Source: Catajapyx aquilonaris (taxonomy: Eukaryota). Taken from it: DNA of 54,160 nucleotides. The stretch's first letter is position 1; the number at the start of each line of letters is the position of its first letter. The stretch spans positions 62,001 through 116,160 of the forward strand of contig KZ538143.1 of the NCBI GenBank assembly GCA_000934665.2, in the 5' to 3' direction. This document shows positions 26,390 to 39,429 of this stretch, in pieces. A program made the position numbers and the translations under genes. A model generated the notes under the pieces. That model worked only from the letters and a program-made list of their open reading frames with translations, had not been told where the DNA came from and did no database searches.

Positions 26390-27000
26390 CACCAGAGAGC
26401 CAGCTCATAATTGCCTCCTACCCTTCCATATAACCGTTTGACAATTTCTTGCCAGGTTAAATCCCCACCCGTCCCCATTCCCCTGTGTATCTGCAGAGAT
26501 TTGATGGGTGACTGCAAGTGGGTCCCATAATTCAGTTTAGGCATCAGGATGAAAAGGCCACTGGGGTAGCAAATGGGGTTTTCAAACTTGACTCCAGAGG
26601 GGGTTGCAGAAATCAAGCCTTCCCTAAAATCTAGGCCCACCATTTTTTTTTTNGGGGGGAGGTAGACATGAAGCTCAACTGCAATATCTCATTTAATCCA
26701 GGCATATTATTACCCCAGATTTTGGAGGGTAGCTTTCTCTCTGGTTGAACTCTCGTTCTGTCTGTAGGATTCCCCTCAGATCGATATCTTTGAGGCAGGG
26801 TACAGGATCCTCAAGCGTTATGAAATCTGTGGAGATGGGGGAGGTGGGAGGGGGGGAAGAGACGCCAAAGCAAAAGCGTCTATTCAGCACCTCGGCTCTG
26901 GAGAATCCAATGCATGCTTGGAATCAGATGAAGAGGGTAACCGCCCCTGGGGTTAGAGCCGTTAATACCGTACCCTTTCGATAGTTCCGGACTAGTAACT
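26390..27000 (-). pseudogene. decayed mononegavirus-like fragment (G-like reading favoured; L-like motif in one frame)
   Basis: Hydrophobic VLTALTPGAVTLFI*FQACIG, then REGLIS...FENPICY, and in another frame HPDA*TELWDPL and CQTVIW. NYGTHLQSPI (L-like) also occurs. There is an ambiguous base at 26653. Confidence 0.4.
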
Positions 27001-28869
27001 ATTTCCGCTATGTGGCAAACAAATCCTGTGGATTGCCTTTTGGAGGTGGCTCATGTATGGCGCATCTTTGGAGCTAATTCTAGAGGACTCGGGATGATTG
27101 CAATGGAAAACCTTGTTTGTGTCGAGAATAGGAAAGTTGATAGAAACTGGGAATCTACTTTAGGTTTTTCAAAGGTGGATGAATAACTAGATATTTATTT
27201 TCTAAAGAAGAGATCTGTGAGATGCAACTTGTCTATTTATGGGTCGAAATGGGGTTGCAAAAAAGGGGTGCTTGAAAAACTTTTTTGCGAGTATTTTTGT
27301 GGCATTTTGCGGTTCACTTAAGCACGGTTTACTACACCTAACGAGTTCATCTGCAGTGTGTAGCTGAGCACTTACGCACAGTTTTGCACCAAATCCCCGT
27401 CATTTGAGGTGCTATGAGTGAGCACACCCTCTGCCATTATGGAGCCCACGTGCTGGTTATTGAACTACATGAACGTAGAGAGCATCCCTCATTTTTTGTA
27501 ATATGTACACCCAACATGAACAAACTCCACACCCATTTGCATTAGATTATCGCAGCTTTAGAGAGTAGCCATTGCTGCTATATGACAGTTTTAACCCATA
27601 TTAATTGAAAATCCGTGATTATGTCTTGTGATTAGTTATTTTCGTTCATATACAGCCGAACAGGCCCAGTTGTAGACTATTAACTCAATAGTGCTTGAAT
27701 GTGTGTTTATCCAATTGGAGCTTTCACTGTACATTAACCTTGCTTGCAGGAGTAAGTGCGTCAATACACCGAGCCCTTGACTTTCAGGACACACGATAAT
27801 ATCATGCAGCAAAGCAAAAGCATGCTTTTAGAATGCATCCCTTAACGCTCATTCTTCCGTCAATAAATTTCACATCTAAATTCCTAACCAGCAGTGTGCA
27901 CCCACTCTATACATCTCCGACAGGCATATTCGAGGCGAAGGGCCGTAAGTTTTATATCCTCGTTTCAACTTGAGGTCCATATAGTGTTACTACTATACCC
28001 GTCTTTAATTATGGGGTGCGATGGGGGAACTGTGCATAGCCGGTAACGACGAAATTTAATCAAGGCTACTTCCACAAAATGATATTGAGGCCATTAAAAC
28101 TCACTAAATACTGCGTTTTTAATGGGACCAGATTGATGGGATATAGTTCTACATGGCACTTCGGACGTTAATTGAACGGTTTTGAATGCCGAACTCCACG
28201 AAGCGTGTATACTCAATCAGGTATACGTCCCCATGAATTAACCTGCGTTGTTGTTCCTATAGGCCTGTATCCAAAATTGCAAAGTTTGGCCTCGGTTTGT
28301 TTCCAATCACCTCCGCGTGTAGGTTTACAGGAGAGGTAATCCTGCCCTTGCCTATATGGCAACTGCAATCCAATTATGAAGCAAAAATACGTGCATTATC
28401 ATCAGCTAATTTTGGTGGTATTTTGAAGAAAACTTTTTTGGCGATGCATACTTTTGCAGTTTAAAATAAATTGTTCTGAAATGTTCCGCTGTAATGGAAG
28501 AAGGGAATGGATTACTATTCATTCCAGCACTTTTTTCAATTATCGTTCAAGTGGTACAGGCCTCTTAAAAATATATGCCAGTAATTACCAAACTTTTTAC
28601 GTTAACGACATGAATACTGTACACGGAGCAGACGCAGAAGTGTGAAGTTTCAATCATCGCGAAACACCATGTATATGATAAGTAAACCTCTATTACGTTC
28701 AGGGACTCTAGAGTTTGCGAACAACCTCACCATGAACAGCATTTCCTCTTCATTCATTAGCAGAAAGTTGGTAAAAGGCACTCCAAAACATCAGCTACCA
28801 CACGGAGTAGAACGAGGAAAGTTGATCAAGATTGTGTAAAATATATTGCCACCTACCAGCCAATTACAC

Positions 28870-29255
28870 GATTGATCCCTCCCGATGTTTTTAAGTGTGT
28901 GTAACAGGAGCCAAAAGCCGTGCCCTCTATTCGATCCAATATTTTTGAAGGGGAGGGTTCTCCTACTGTTATATCACCTCCAACTAGACCCACCGATCTA
29001 TGGACCCTCCCCTGTGGACCCAACCCTTTTCAAATAAAATCATCATAACATTAGAGAGGACGGGGGCGGCATCAAACTGCTGGGAGGACAGCCCATTTTC
29101 GCCTGGGCTTATCTCCAAGCGCCCAATATACGGCGCAGGGGGTACGGTGGGGGACAAGGAACGATCCAGTTTGCGAAAACGATATTGCTTCGCCGATCAC
29201 ACTGGCCTATGAAACCGTGAGAGATCAACCTGCAACTACCCAGGCCCTATAACCA
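28870..29255 (-). pseudogene. possible rhabdovirus-like G N-terminal fragment
   Basis: The minus frame gives RPV*SAKQYRFRKLDRSLS ... KGWVH...RWV (cf. FPV...W..ID..L.C and GWMCH..KWV). Confidence 0.25.
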
Positions 29256-30849
29256 TGCACTATATACTGCAGGTTGGCATAGTGCAAATATAAAAAAGTC
29301 GCACTTTGATCTTTTGCGCAAATGTCATGGATGGGATGCTGTTTTCCCATTCCTTCTGAACCTGCATGCGGTGGAGCTCGAACTTTTTGATGATGGCATT
29401 GCCTATTCGCATATTGTGAAGTCTTGCGTGTACTGCAGCAGACTCGCCCACGCCTGATTGCAAAGAAAACAATAAATACTGGTAGCTATACAGGGGCAGG
29501 AAATTATATCCCGGAGGACCTACAGTTACACAGCCTTTTGTAGCTTGTGAATGAGGCATATGAACAGTTGTGCTTTGATAAAAAAAACAATTTATTTTTA
29601 TGCATATGCTCCTACACCTGTTGGTGAGTAAAAATGGATGTGAATTTTGCACATTATTGTTGTATTTAGGACAATTGTAACATTAGCATGTGACTATAGT
29701 TCTGCCTGTATTTTTTGTTTGTGGCTCGTGGCATTTTTCAATCATCGGTATTCAACTAGAGTGCCAAAATACACAAAATGCATAATACTGTATATTCCAT
29801 ATGAACGCCTTTATTGCAGCTTAAAGTGCAGGCAGCTCTAACAGCAATATTACTCAAAAGCTGGATTAAATGCCAGTTTGCTACAAGCCGTATACCTTAC
29901 TGTAGTCTACAAGTATAGACATATATACGTATATAGCTTATAGAGATATACCATTTGCGCTGAAGAACATGCTATATACATGCTGTGCTGTGATACTGTA
30001 ATAATATTCGGTATTAAAAGCCAGATTCATAGAGACCCAAAAAGAGGTCAAAACTGTGAGCCTGCTAACTCATTTATTTGTATCTATTTATGTGGCCAGC
30101 CAGTGCGCGTGTATGCCCAATCAACTTTCACTGATTTATGAACATTTTTGCTGTCGGAAATGGAAGTTTAATAAATTATAATTATGGCAACTAGTAATCA
30201 TCCTTCAATGCTGATGTATGCTAATCATATTGGTGGTAGTTACTCTATTGATCAAATCACAAATAATTTTGATGTGAAAAAAACGCAAAAATTCATACGT
30301 CTAGCCGTGTTATGCCCACTGTAAAATAGGAAATTCGAGAAAATATAACATTCATAAATAATAGTCTACTGAAAACAATATAATTTACATAAATATGGAT
30401 CACTTGAAAAAGAACAAACGCAAAAATAAACACAAATAATCTGTATATACTGCACACCCTATTGCAAGAGTACGATTGTATATTCGTCCACTTCAAGGCA
30501 GATGATGTGCAAGTGTCGATATGTAGTAAGGAAGCTGCAACACTGAAATAAAATTAAGATAGGTATTTGCTTCAATACGTATTTATTAAATAAATGTTAA
30601 TTACAACCATTTGCGTTCTTAAATTTGTTCATGTGTCCTTCATCCTCCTTTACTTCAATTTGACTCTAGAATTCTAGATCAATGGTAGGCTATATCATTG
30701 ACATTCTTAGGCATAAAGCTTGATTAAGGTGACTCGTATTTTTATGAATATCTCGGTGTTATCTTTCGTAGTTACAGTACTTTGAATCCATTTGCTCAGA
30801 CCATCCACACCCGCTGCTTACAAGTTAGGAGTGGTCAGTAACATATAGG

Positions 30850-31380
30850 GGCGACCTGGATATGAAGACACCCTGGAGAGGAAAGCAGTGGATGAATTTT
30901 ATGCCACCTTTTCACCCACTGACCAAACGAATAAAAACGTGCTCCTATCCTCCCATTTTCTTGTACCTATTCAACATGGTGTCTCGTCTAAAAAAAAAAA
31001 AAACAAATATTTCCTTCCTCCAGTTTGTGATCCCCACCGGGTCGATTTCACCCCCTTACCCCCCACCTTCCCCAAGTCCACCTTTCCCTCAGCCTATTAT
31101 CCGGGGCGTGATTGCGATAAAGTGCCTTTTGTGCTGCACCGGTCCAAAATGGAGAGCCCCGTAAAGGCTGGCGGTAATTCTTGTCACAGTTGATTAGTGT
31201 CAAGTGCGACGTTACGACAAAAGCCACGTTGGTGAGGAGAGGGTGGTGGGTGGGTGGTTGAAGAGTGCAACCCCACGCCTCCAACCGGCCATGCTTGGTA
31301 CTTACCTCTAAAACCGCCATGTCACGCCATGTCAGAGGGGGGCTCGCCTCAAATTCGGACAATCGAAGCTATCGATTTTC
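30850..31380 (+). pseudogene. possible Mononegavirales L N-terminus fragment
   Basis: Acidic start YEDTLERKAVDEF followed by NVLLSSHFLVPIQ (cf. SHLxxPI); GC-rich island with long A and C runs. Confidence 0.3.
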
Positions 31381-31608
31381 AACCACCCCCCTGAGGTTGT
31401 GTTTATTACCGTCAAGAGCCTACTGAAATCGAGGGATATTGTAGCCCCAACAATAATTAGGCTGGCTCAGCACTAGCTATGTGCTGAATTATATACGAGG
31501 TGTTCTCAATCCTTCGGGCGTTGTATATTTACAGGGGTAAATCAGAGGCTTTATTTTACCTAGCATAATTAGAGGCGCTGGGTCAGTTTACACTGCAAAG
31601 GGGGGGCC

Positions 31609-31900
31609 AACACCATGGACTCTCTGGTAGTCAACCTCTTCGCTAATGACACCATACCTCGTTCCGGATGGCTCGACAGTGCCAATAATGTCGGTTCCGG
31701 TTCCTTCAACTTCCCGCCTGAATTCCAGGCACAGAAATTACTGCAATCTCATCGGCACGGAGCACTGAACCGATGCGGAGGGAAAGACTTGGGTCTGGCT
31801 TCTACATGATCGATGTGCACCTCTAGGACTTCATTACGGGGCTGTAACCGTGTTTGCCGAGTTATTTGCATGCGCTTCGAGAATATACAGGGGGAAACGA
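31609..31900 (+). pseudogene. possible rhabdovirus-like N N-terminus fragment
   Basis: AACACC-ATG (31609-31617, resembling a rhabdovirus gene-start), then MDSLVVNLFAND...SFNFPPEF (cf. VEYPADYF). Confidence 0.25.
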
Positions 31901-34449
31901 GGCGCTGTCCAAATTTTTATTTTGAAAGGGAGAATTTGTTTTCAGTTTTTTTTTTTGTTTGAATGGGGGGTGAGTTAGTAGGGGTTTCAAGTGCCTTTTC
32001 ATAACTCAGTATGGAGTATATATTCATGGATCAGTGTGTGTCAGATGTGAGTTTGTAAATGGGAACTGTTGCTTCACTCTCATTCGGGGGCTTAGAGCAG
32101 CTTTTGAAATGCAGATAGCACCTTTCAACAGTAACTTTTGAATCGATTTTTAAATAAAAATTGTTAATTGTGAACATTAGGTGGCATTGTTATAATATCT
32201 ACCACTGATGACAGTCATGACACAGCTAGGTGAGTTGCATAATTTGGCAACGGTGAGGACGTCTCTCTCCAGTTACATAAATTCCTCCCACCCGCGGTCT
32301 GGATTATGTGGCACAAAAGCACTATAACTGTTGCACTTGATCCGGCCTGTACCATGCCACATCATTTTAATCACTATACTGGCATGTGTGGCGAAAAAAA
32401 ATGTAACTCCCTAAGGCAACATGACGTGGGGAGCAACGTTAATATCTGCTCTGGAATTATATGGTATCTGACATTCTGCGTGAGGGAATAAGGCAATGCT
32501 GTTGTTTAGCCAGTTGTTTTCAGTGTGAAGAAAATGACAGGACACAGCAGGACACTAATGTTCTCCGATTTTAATTGGATTATGCATGATCAAGAACTAA
32601 TTATAGTTCCTGGCATGACATAATAACCTAATAGAAACGAGAGGGAAAAACTTGACCGAGAGACAGTGATAAGGACGGGACTTGAAATATTAATGACAGT
32701 AGTTTTTAAAAAATGACATTTTTGCCCAACTGTATCTGAGTTAATAATATCTGCATTGTGTCCCACTGAGTCCTATCAAAATAGATTATTAAATTTTATG
32801 ATGCACATATAGCCTGAACATTCCAGCGCGAATGGTAATTATATGAATTTGTTCTTATCAACAATGCCGCAGTGGGTTTCAGAATGCCCAATAACATTTC
32901 GCAGTGTGAAGTAATTTGTTATTACGCATACTGGCCTGGAATTCTGGCCATTCCGCGGTATGACTGGGCCGTACATGGCCTACCACAAATGGTCATTGTA
33001 CACATTGTCTATGGCTCACTAGGTAACCTGAAAATCAGATTTTCCACATTGCTGCCGATATAGTTACACGTCAACACCATGTTTAACTGTATTGAAGGGT
33101 GTGGATTTTTAAGCATCACGTATGGACAAATTGACATAAAAGGCTCGCTACCCTGTAACTGTAGGCAGATACTCTCCATATGCTAATCACCATGCAATAA
33201 TGGAGTCAGAAAAATTGCTAAATATTACAAGCAACGTTCCCAAAAATTTGTAAAATGCTACAGATAATGGCATTATCCATCTGACCTGCTATTTATAACC
33301 ATGCCCCTTAATTATTAGACGTAACAAGCAGCCTTTCATACGAACCCTATTGTTTTTTTTAACTCTGCTTTTTCACAGCTCTCAAAAGCCCTAACGTTTC
33401 CCTCCTGCATTTTCAGGTTCGACTGTGCAGCCACCAAACAATTATACTAACAATCCGCCTTTATTTTCGATTCCATCTCTCTCTCCCAGCAATCCCATGA
33501 CAAATGTTGGACTGAAACCAGCCCGAGTTGGCACTTTTATTTCATGGGGCACTGGAAACTACAGATTGGAAAAAGTAACTGTACTGGAGGTTGGTATACA
33601 CTACCCTCCCGGTTCGACGAAGCAAACATCAAATAATTACCCACAGTACATACATTGGCAAGGATCAATAGATGTCGGGGGTGTACTGTACTGTACAGTA
33701 CAGTACACCCAGTCTCACCTCAAATTTTTTTTGCAGTTTTTTTGAAAATTTGCACCAATATTATTAGCCAACAGTGGATCAGTGGAGTTGGAGGAGAAAC
33801 GTACAGGGCATTACAGTCTAATGACGATTCCGATGCAGGATTTCAAATTCAGCAACAGGCGTCGAGCGGTAATTAATGCGGTTTGCACTAGAATCAGTAG
33901 AGCAAGGTCACTGCATCAATTTAATTTTTTTTTCAAATGAGCGTTTTTTTGTGTCCATAGTTGGAGAAAATGAGCTGGTTTTGTTGCGAATATTGATTAA
34001 ACCTGGTAATTGTTTCTGAAAATAGAGGAAGTTACACAGAGGCAAAAATTTCCGATCGTATGTTCGCAATTACAAAGGGAAGCCCTGGGGGGACTGTATA
34101 CATGAATTATGTAGTTAATGCGACCGTTTTTGTGTCTTTAGCTTTCCTATAGAAGCGCTTTTTTTGTACAGAAGCGGTTCCTTTTTTAAATGCGTTTCTT
34201 CCCACCATTAATTTCATTTGCAACTGAATGCATTATCATATTTCTTCCTATAATTTTTCGCTGCCAACCTATATTGTGATTTGCATGCAACATTTGGGAA
34301 GAATTATATGTGTATTGGTTTTTTGCTTTGTTCTTCTCATTTTAGCTAATTTTGGGACTGACCGTAATTTGTCATGGCGTACCGTGTAGTACATAGGACC
34401 TGAAATCCATTAAAAATTTTCAATGTGAAAAATTCTCGGTGTAACATCC

Positions 34450-35060
34450 GCTTGACTGGCTTGACAACAAGTCCTGGACAATAGACGCCTTACATAACTG
34501 AAACTGTCCAGTAACATGATCGCTCCCATTGTGAACTCCGATTCCATATTCCGTCATGATGCCTTGGCAAGGCAGATGTGACTCCACTTCCAAGTTGGAT
34601 GGAGTTTCACGTAGCCTCGCTTTGAGACAATTGACGCTAACTAGACATTCGACACCATGGAAACGGAGCCTTTAGCAAAATCTGTGTTCCCCAATTCGCG
34701 AGTGAAACTAAAGGCACAGCCAGGCACACCCAAAACCTGCTGGGCTGCTGTTTCGCCGATAATAATTATACTGCGCGCTAATTCGACAACTGCGCACATT
34801 TTCTCCGTCTCTGCTGCCTCCCAGGTCATCAGGCTATTATACCGCCTTCTGCAAAATTACCAATACAGTACGTGGAGTTGCATAATGTAGTGACGCCAAT
34901 GCAAATCGACTCAATATGCTCTTTATTGCCGTCATCGCTTTAAATGAGGAACTTTCTCCCAAGTCAGCGTTATTGGAGCGGCTACTTATGTAACTCATCC
35001 ATTTATGGCGGATGTAATGCTGGCTTTCGGTAACAGCTTCATGAGACACTTCGGTTCTGA
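34450..35060 (-). other. unassigned decayed coding-like region
   Basis: GC-richer, with several consecutive 60-80 aa frames (e.g. KMCAVVELARSIIIIGETAAQQVLG) and few homopolymer runs; no confident homology. Confidence 0.2.
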
Positions 35061-36490
35061 ACTACTTTGGCGTGAATAATTTTGAGGCAGTCTAGTTTCA
35101 ATGGCCTCGAAAGAGCGTGTAAATGGCTGAAGTGTGTAGAGGGTGAGATTCCCCGTTAAAGAGGCATAGTGCTATCGGTTAAACAGCTTACTTAAACATG
35201 TAATGGTGGTTACTTCTTAGAGTAACTGGCATATCAGCATCCGAACAGCTGCTGAAATTACCGCCTATGCTGGGGCTAACGTCTGTTGTAAGAGGAGATT
35301 CAAACTAAAATTAATCGGGTGTTTGCATATTGCACTATCTCATAATTCTCATGGGAATATTTCAAACATTTCTTTACGGGGCTGTAATAATTACCAGCAG
35401 AAATGCTATATTACCTTATGGCAAAAATGTGGCTATGAATACCACACTATACTGTATATAGTGTGGTATTCACACAGCCACATTTTATTTTATTTTATTT
35501 TTTGTATAATAAAAATAAATAATGTCATGTGACAACCTATATCTGGCCATTTTTGGCACAAAATTTCACGGTGTCCAAACTAGGTGGGATGCTGGGTCTG
35601 GCGTGAGAGTGTTTTAGGAACAGCGCTTTTTGTGGGCCCAATAAGGCGACCCCAGGAAAGTAATTTCCCTTGTAATTTCGCGTGGGATGGCTGGGAGCTG
35701 CCTGATTTTTACATCGAACGTTGTGCAGGGGCGCCTTTTTTTCTCCCTGGTCCTGACGCCTGTACAATGTGGCCTGAGGGGTGTATAAATAGTTTGAAAA
35801 TTGGAGCCTATTGCTGTATTTTATTATCAGACAAAATTGCAGTGCCCATAAAACTGCGCATCATATCCTGTGCGCCAATAATAATTGGGTGGTAATGTGC
35901 ATGTTGAATACTCATGAGGGAGGTCCAATCACGATGGTGCGAACATATATTAAATATCATTCACAGGGTGGTGCATTGCCCTGAATTGTTTATCTCAGCA
36001 ACCATCTGGAGGAACAACCCATTTGCCGTTATTCCCTTTAAAGTTTAAACATGTTTTTGGAAGCAACTTTCTGCAACCTTTGGCAAGACATCACACACTA
36101 GTAGTAGGAATAAGTAAGCTAATATTTGTAAGTTGAACAGCACAATGTTCATTGCACTATTGTGTCACTATGTTATTTTTAACACATTTGTGAAGGTCAG
36201 TTCTCCTATAAAAAGTTATACCTCAACAGTCCATGTGTTTGAACACATTTATTGCCAATTTGGTTTCTGGCTATAAAATGCCACACTACATTTACACCGC
36301 ACAAATATTGTAATCCACAAAGCGCACTCGGCATAAAACCACGGACAGCAGTACATGCCGTGCACCGCATGTAGACCTGTACAGTACAATGTGCACAACA
36401 CACACCATGACGTTGAATTCTCGAGAGTTTGCTGCTCCAGCAGAGCATTACGTCTGATGGGCAAAGTTGCATACTTGGAGGGGGTTTTTA

Positions 36491-36950
36491 TTACGTCGGA
36501 GGGTAACTGGCACCGTATGTGGCTTGGTGAAGGAGTCGTTGAATGTCCATTTTTACCAGAGACTTTGTTTCGGGTGGGAGGTCTCGCAGCGTTGGGAGCA
36601 AGGACAGCAAGTAGTGTTCGTCGGCGTCCATCTCGTGATGCTGACAAATGGACATTTTGCTGGGAGTTGGGTGTATTGGCGTTTCTTTAAATGTGGGAGG
36701 TTGGGACATGTTGGATGCAATGCTGCCTGGGGATGGTTCCGGTGTGCTGGGGCTCTGGATTTCGGATTTAATGTCCAGGGGTTCGTTTATCACTAGAGGA
36801 TCGGATTCTTGGAACTGGTCACTGACGGATGAACTTTCTGGGTACCGCAAGTTTAATTCTGGTGCTGCCACTTCGTTGCTGGTAATTTCTAGATGCATGG
36901 TTGGTGTTCCAATATCAGATCCTGCATAAGCTGATGCTGCAGGCTGACTT
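36491..36950 (-). CDS. MADF-BESS transcription factor, coding exon 3 (BESS domain)
   Basis: Acceptor TTCTGTCTCAG| at 36951 with phase 2 matching exon 2. C-terminal DADEHYLLSLLPTLRDLPPETKSLVKMDIQRLL is a BESS motif. Stop TAA ends at 36491. Confidence 0.9.
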
Positions 36951-37049
36951 CTGAGACAGAAAACACATTTCATGAAGGATACCTGATAGTACGGTGATTT
37001 TTTGAACCATTATGAAGCATCACGTCCGATGCTACTGCGCATAACATAC

Positions 37050-37209
37050 CTTGTTCGAATATGTGGAAGAAGAAATGCCAACTTGTTGTAATGCAAGTAA
37101 GCTCTTTTCCTCTTCCCTAATTCATAGCCGTAGCGATTACATCGCTCGTCCCTCACTTCTCTCAAAAATGAGTCTCTCAGATTTCTCCACCTCTTCTTGC
37201 ATTCAATTG
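37050..37209 (-). CDS. MADF-BESS transcription factor, coding exon 2 (MADF C-terminal half)
   Basis: AIECKKRWRNLRDSFLRE...YLHYNKLAFL. Acceptor TTTGCAG| and donor AAG|GTATGT; phases 1 and 2 are consistent with the neighbouring exons. Confidence 0.92.
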
Positions 37210-37574
37210 CTGCAAATACAGTGTCAGTCAAATATAAAATCCCAACATTCAATGCTCATTTATAATCATTGTGGACACTGTCGTCCTTTATTGCGAATCT
37301 GTACGGAACTAGACGATAGAATCAATGCGGAAAAAGCGATTTGACATTTCAGGTGTAATATCGATATAATTATAGTATAAGTACCCTAGGCTAATTGTGA
37401 TGTGGAATATATTTATTAGGGCGAATAGTGAAAAAACCTGCAATTCGGGTCCCAGATAATTTATGGACTTAATGTAACATATGAAAACCAGATAACATAC
37501 TATAAGAAATAAGATTGCAACTTGCGGAATACGGGGCACATGTAATGAGAAAATAATTTCATGTTTTTCTTTAG

Positions 37575-38452
37575 GCCACAGAGCGTGACAAGTCACGTCC
37601 GTGGCGTGTCCCAACCTTCACTTTCGTAATTTTGTCCATTTTTATGGAAGGCATAAGATGTTACGTCACTTTTTATATTAGAGTAATGGAGAAAGGAATA
37701 CTGAAGGTAAAGGTTAGTGCATTCTTTGTCCTGAAGTTCCAAATTGCATCGATTTTATTGGAAGAGAAATTTTGTCCCAAGGTTTCTAGTCACGTCCATG
37801 GACAAAAACAAAAACTGTTATAAAATCATCCAGAAAGCAGCAATGTGCAGGATTTTTCCCTTTTTGCTTGCTGATGCAGTCATATTGAGACGCTGAATCA
37901 AAAAACCTGTTCATTTGGTTGCTTGAAGGCGTGTAATTATTCTGCTCTAAACGTCAGATTTAGTGAAGTGTCGAGATCAGTGCGCCACACCTGTGGCACC
38001 TGGTAAATGTAGGTAAGCAGTTCAAATTTCAATTTTTGCTCAAGTACGTGTGCCATTAGGTACAAAGAGCTTATTCATTTGAACTAAAAGTTTGTAACCT
38101 AAACTTATCACGTTTGACGTGGAATAAACAGAGTTCGTCACGTCCGTGGACACTATACCCGTCCACAGGCGCCCCTAGGTGGGGTCCGATATTCAAGGAC
38201 ATGATTTTAATAACCGATTTTAATGTTTTGGACCATCTATACCATGTTTCTAATGCACTCATAGCTACACGAGTTTCTATAGCACTCATAGCTACACTAC
38301 TTATTGTCAGCTGTAAGCATATGGATAGGTCTCGAGTAGGCTATACTCTGAATTTACATATTTCTTGTTTCATTCCATTTGAAGCGATTTGAAGTATTAC
38401 TTACATTTATATTGCGAACTGTGCTAGCCACTTGGTTCGGTTCTACACCCTG
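37575..38452. mobile_element. probable non-autonomous DNA transposon remnant in MADF intron 1
   Basis: GTCACGTCC(G/A)TGG recurs at 37592, 37789 and 38137. Weak inverted ends CACAGAGCGTG / TACACCCTGTG. Confidence 0.35.
38246..38297. repeat. 27-bp tandem duplication
   Basis: GTTTCTAATGCACTCATAGCTACACGA followed by GTTTCTATAGCACTCATAGCTACAC. Confidence 0.85.
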
Positions 38453-38890
38453 TGCCACACTAGTTCGTCAAAGTCAAGTCGACTCTGTATTGTTAACTAG
38501 CTATGTGTATCCAGTTGTAGATACAGCATTTTTATAATTTATATTTTTTTAAAAATTGAAATATATAAGTCTACGATCTCGGCCGTTATTTTTGTGGGAA
38601 CACCAGAGGTAATAACTACTTTTATTTTTTAAATATATTTTTTAAAATGACATTTTAATTTATTTTTTAGAAAATGAAATTGTACCTTTTGCACTATTGA
38701 CCCATTACTATCATTACAAGTAATACACGGTATTCACATGACTGAAGGCACGTAGTTGTCAGTTGGTATTTGAGAGGTCACATTGACACCTCTGTGGGAT
38801 GCTCCCGGTTACCCACACTGTTGCCACAACACCATTGGATACAGCCAGCCTGCTCCAATGGCGTCTACACTGACATCATTAGTACCTTAC

Positions 38891-39023
38891 CTGGTTGGCC
38901 CAACTTCTTTCCGATAACCACCCACGCTTTGTCCGTCCTGACTCGTTGCGAGTAACCGAGGCATTTTGCGTCGTACAACTCAGGCCTCAGATGCACCTCA
39001 GAAATCAATCGCTTCACATCCAT
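38891..39023 (-). CDS. MADF-BESS transcription factor, coding exon 1 (MADF N-terminal half)
   Basis: MDVKRLISEVHLRPELYDAKCLGYSQRVRTDKAWVVIGKKLG. Donor CAG|GTAAGG at 38890. An upstream pyrimidine-rich acceptor at 39038 implies a further 5'UTR exon. Spliced CDS is 753 nt, 250 aa. Confidence 0.92.
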
Positions 39024-39429
39024 TCTTCTGGGGCTGCCTGCCACAAGAGAAGAAAAAAGAAACACGATCCGCCCCGACCAGTTTGCCGAGCGGCTCACAA
39101 AGGGCCGTATCGTGTCGTGCGTGTCGGATCAATGGTGGCTCCCTTTCCTGTTGACGGCGCCCAGATTAATCTTTATTTCGGTCCATCTCCGCATCGTGTC
39201 GTGTCCGACCAGTCACTTCCTTTCGGTGAGCTGGTTTACATCTGAGGTTCTGAGTTATATCCCCGGAATTGACGGATTCTCACCGTATTCAAATGTGTTT
39301 ATATAATTAAACAGTGACCTAATTGCGCAATTGCGGTCGCGGTAACAATAAGCAACCCGCCGGACCACACAATACAACGAAGGATTTTAATATTATAGAC
39401 TGGTTATGTATTGAGGTCTACCCAGCACC

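Noticed and set aside
36206..36929. Several 88-132 aa ORFs overlapping the BESS exon
   Set aside because: They are alternative-frame or antisense shadows of the real coding exon and its 3'UTR.
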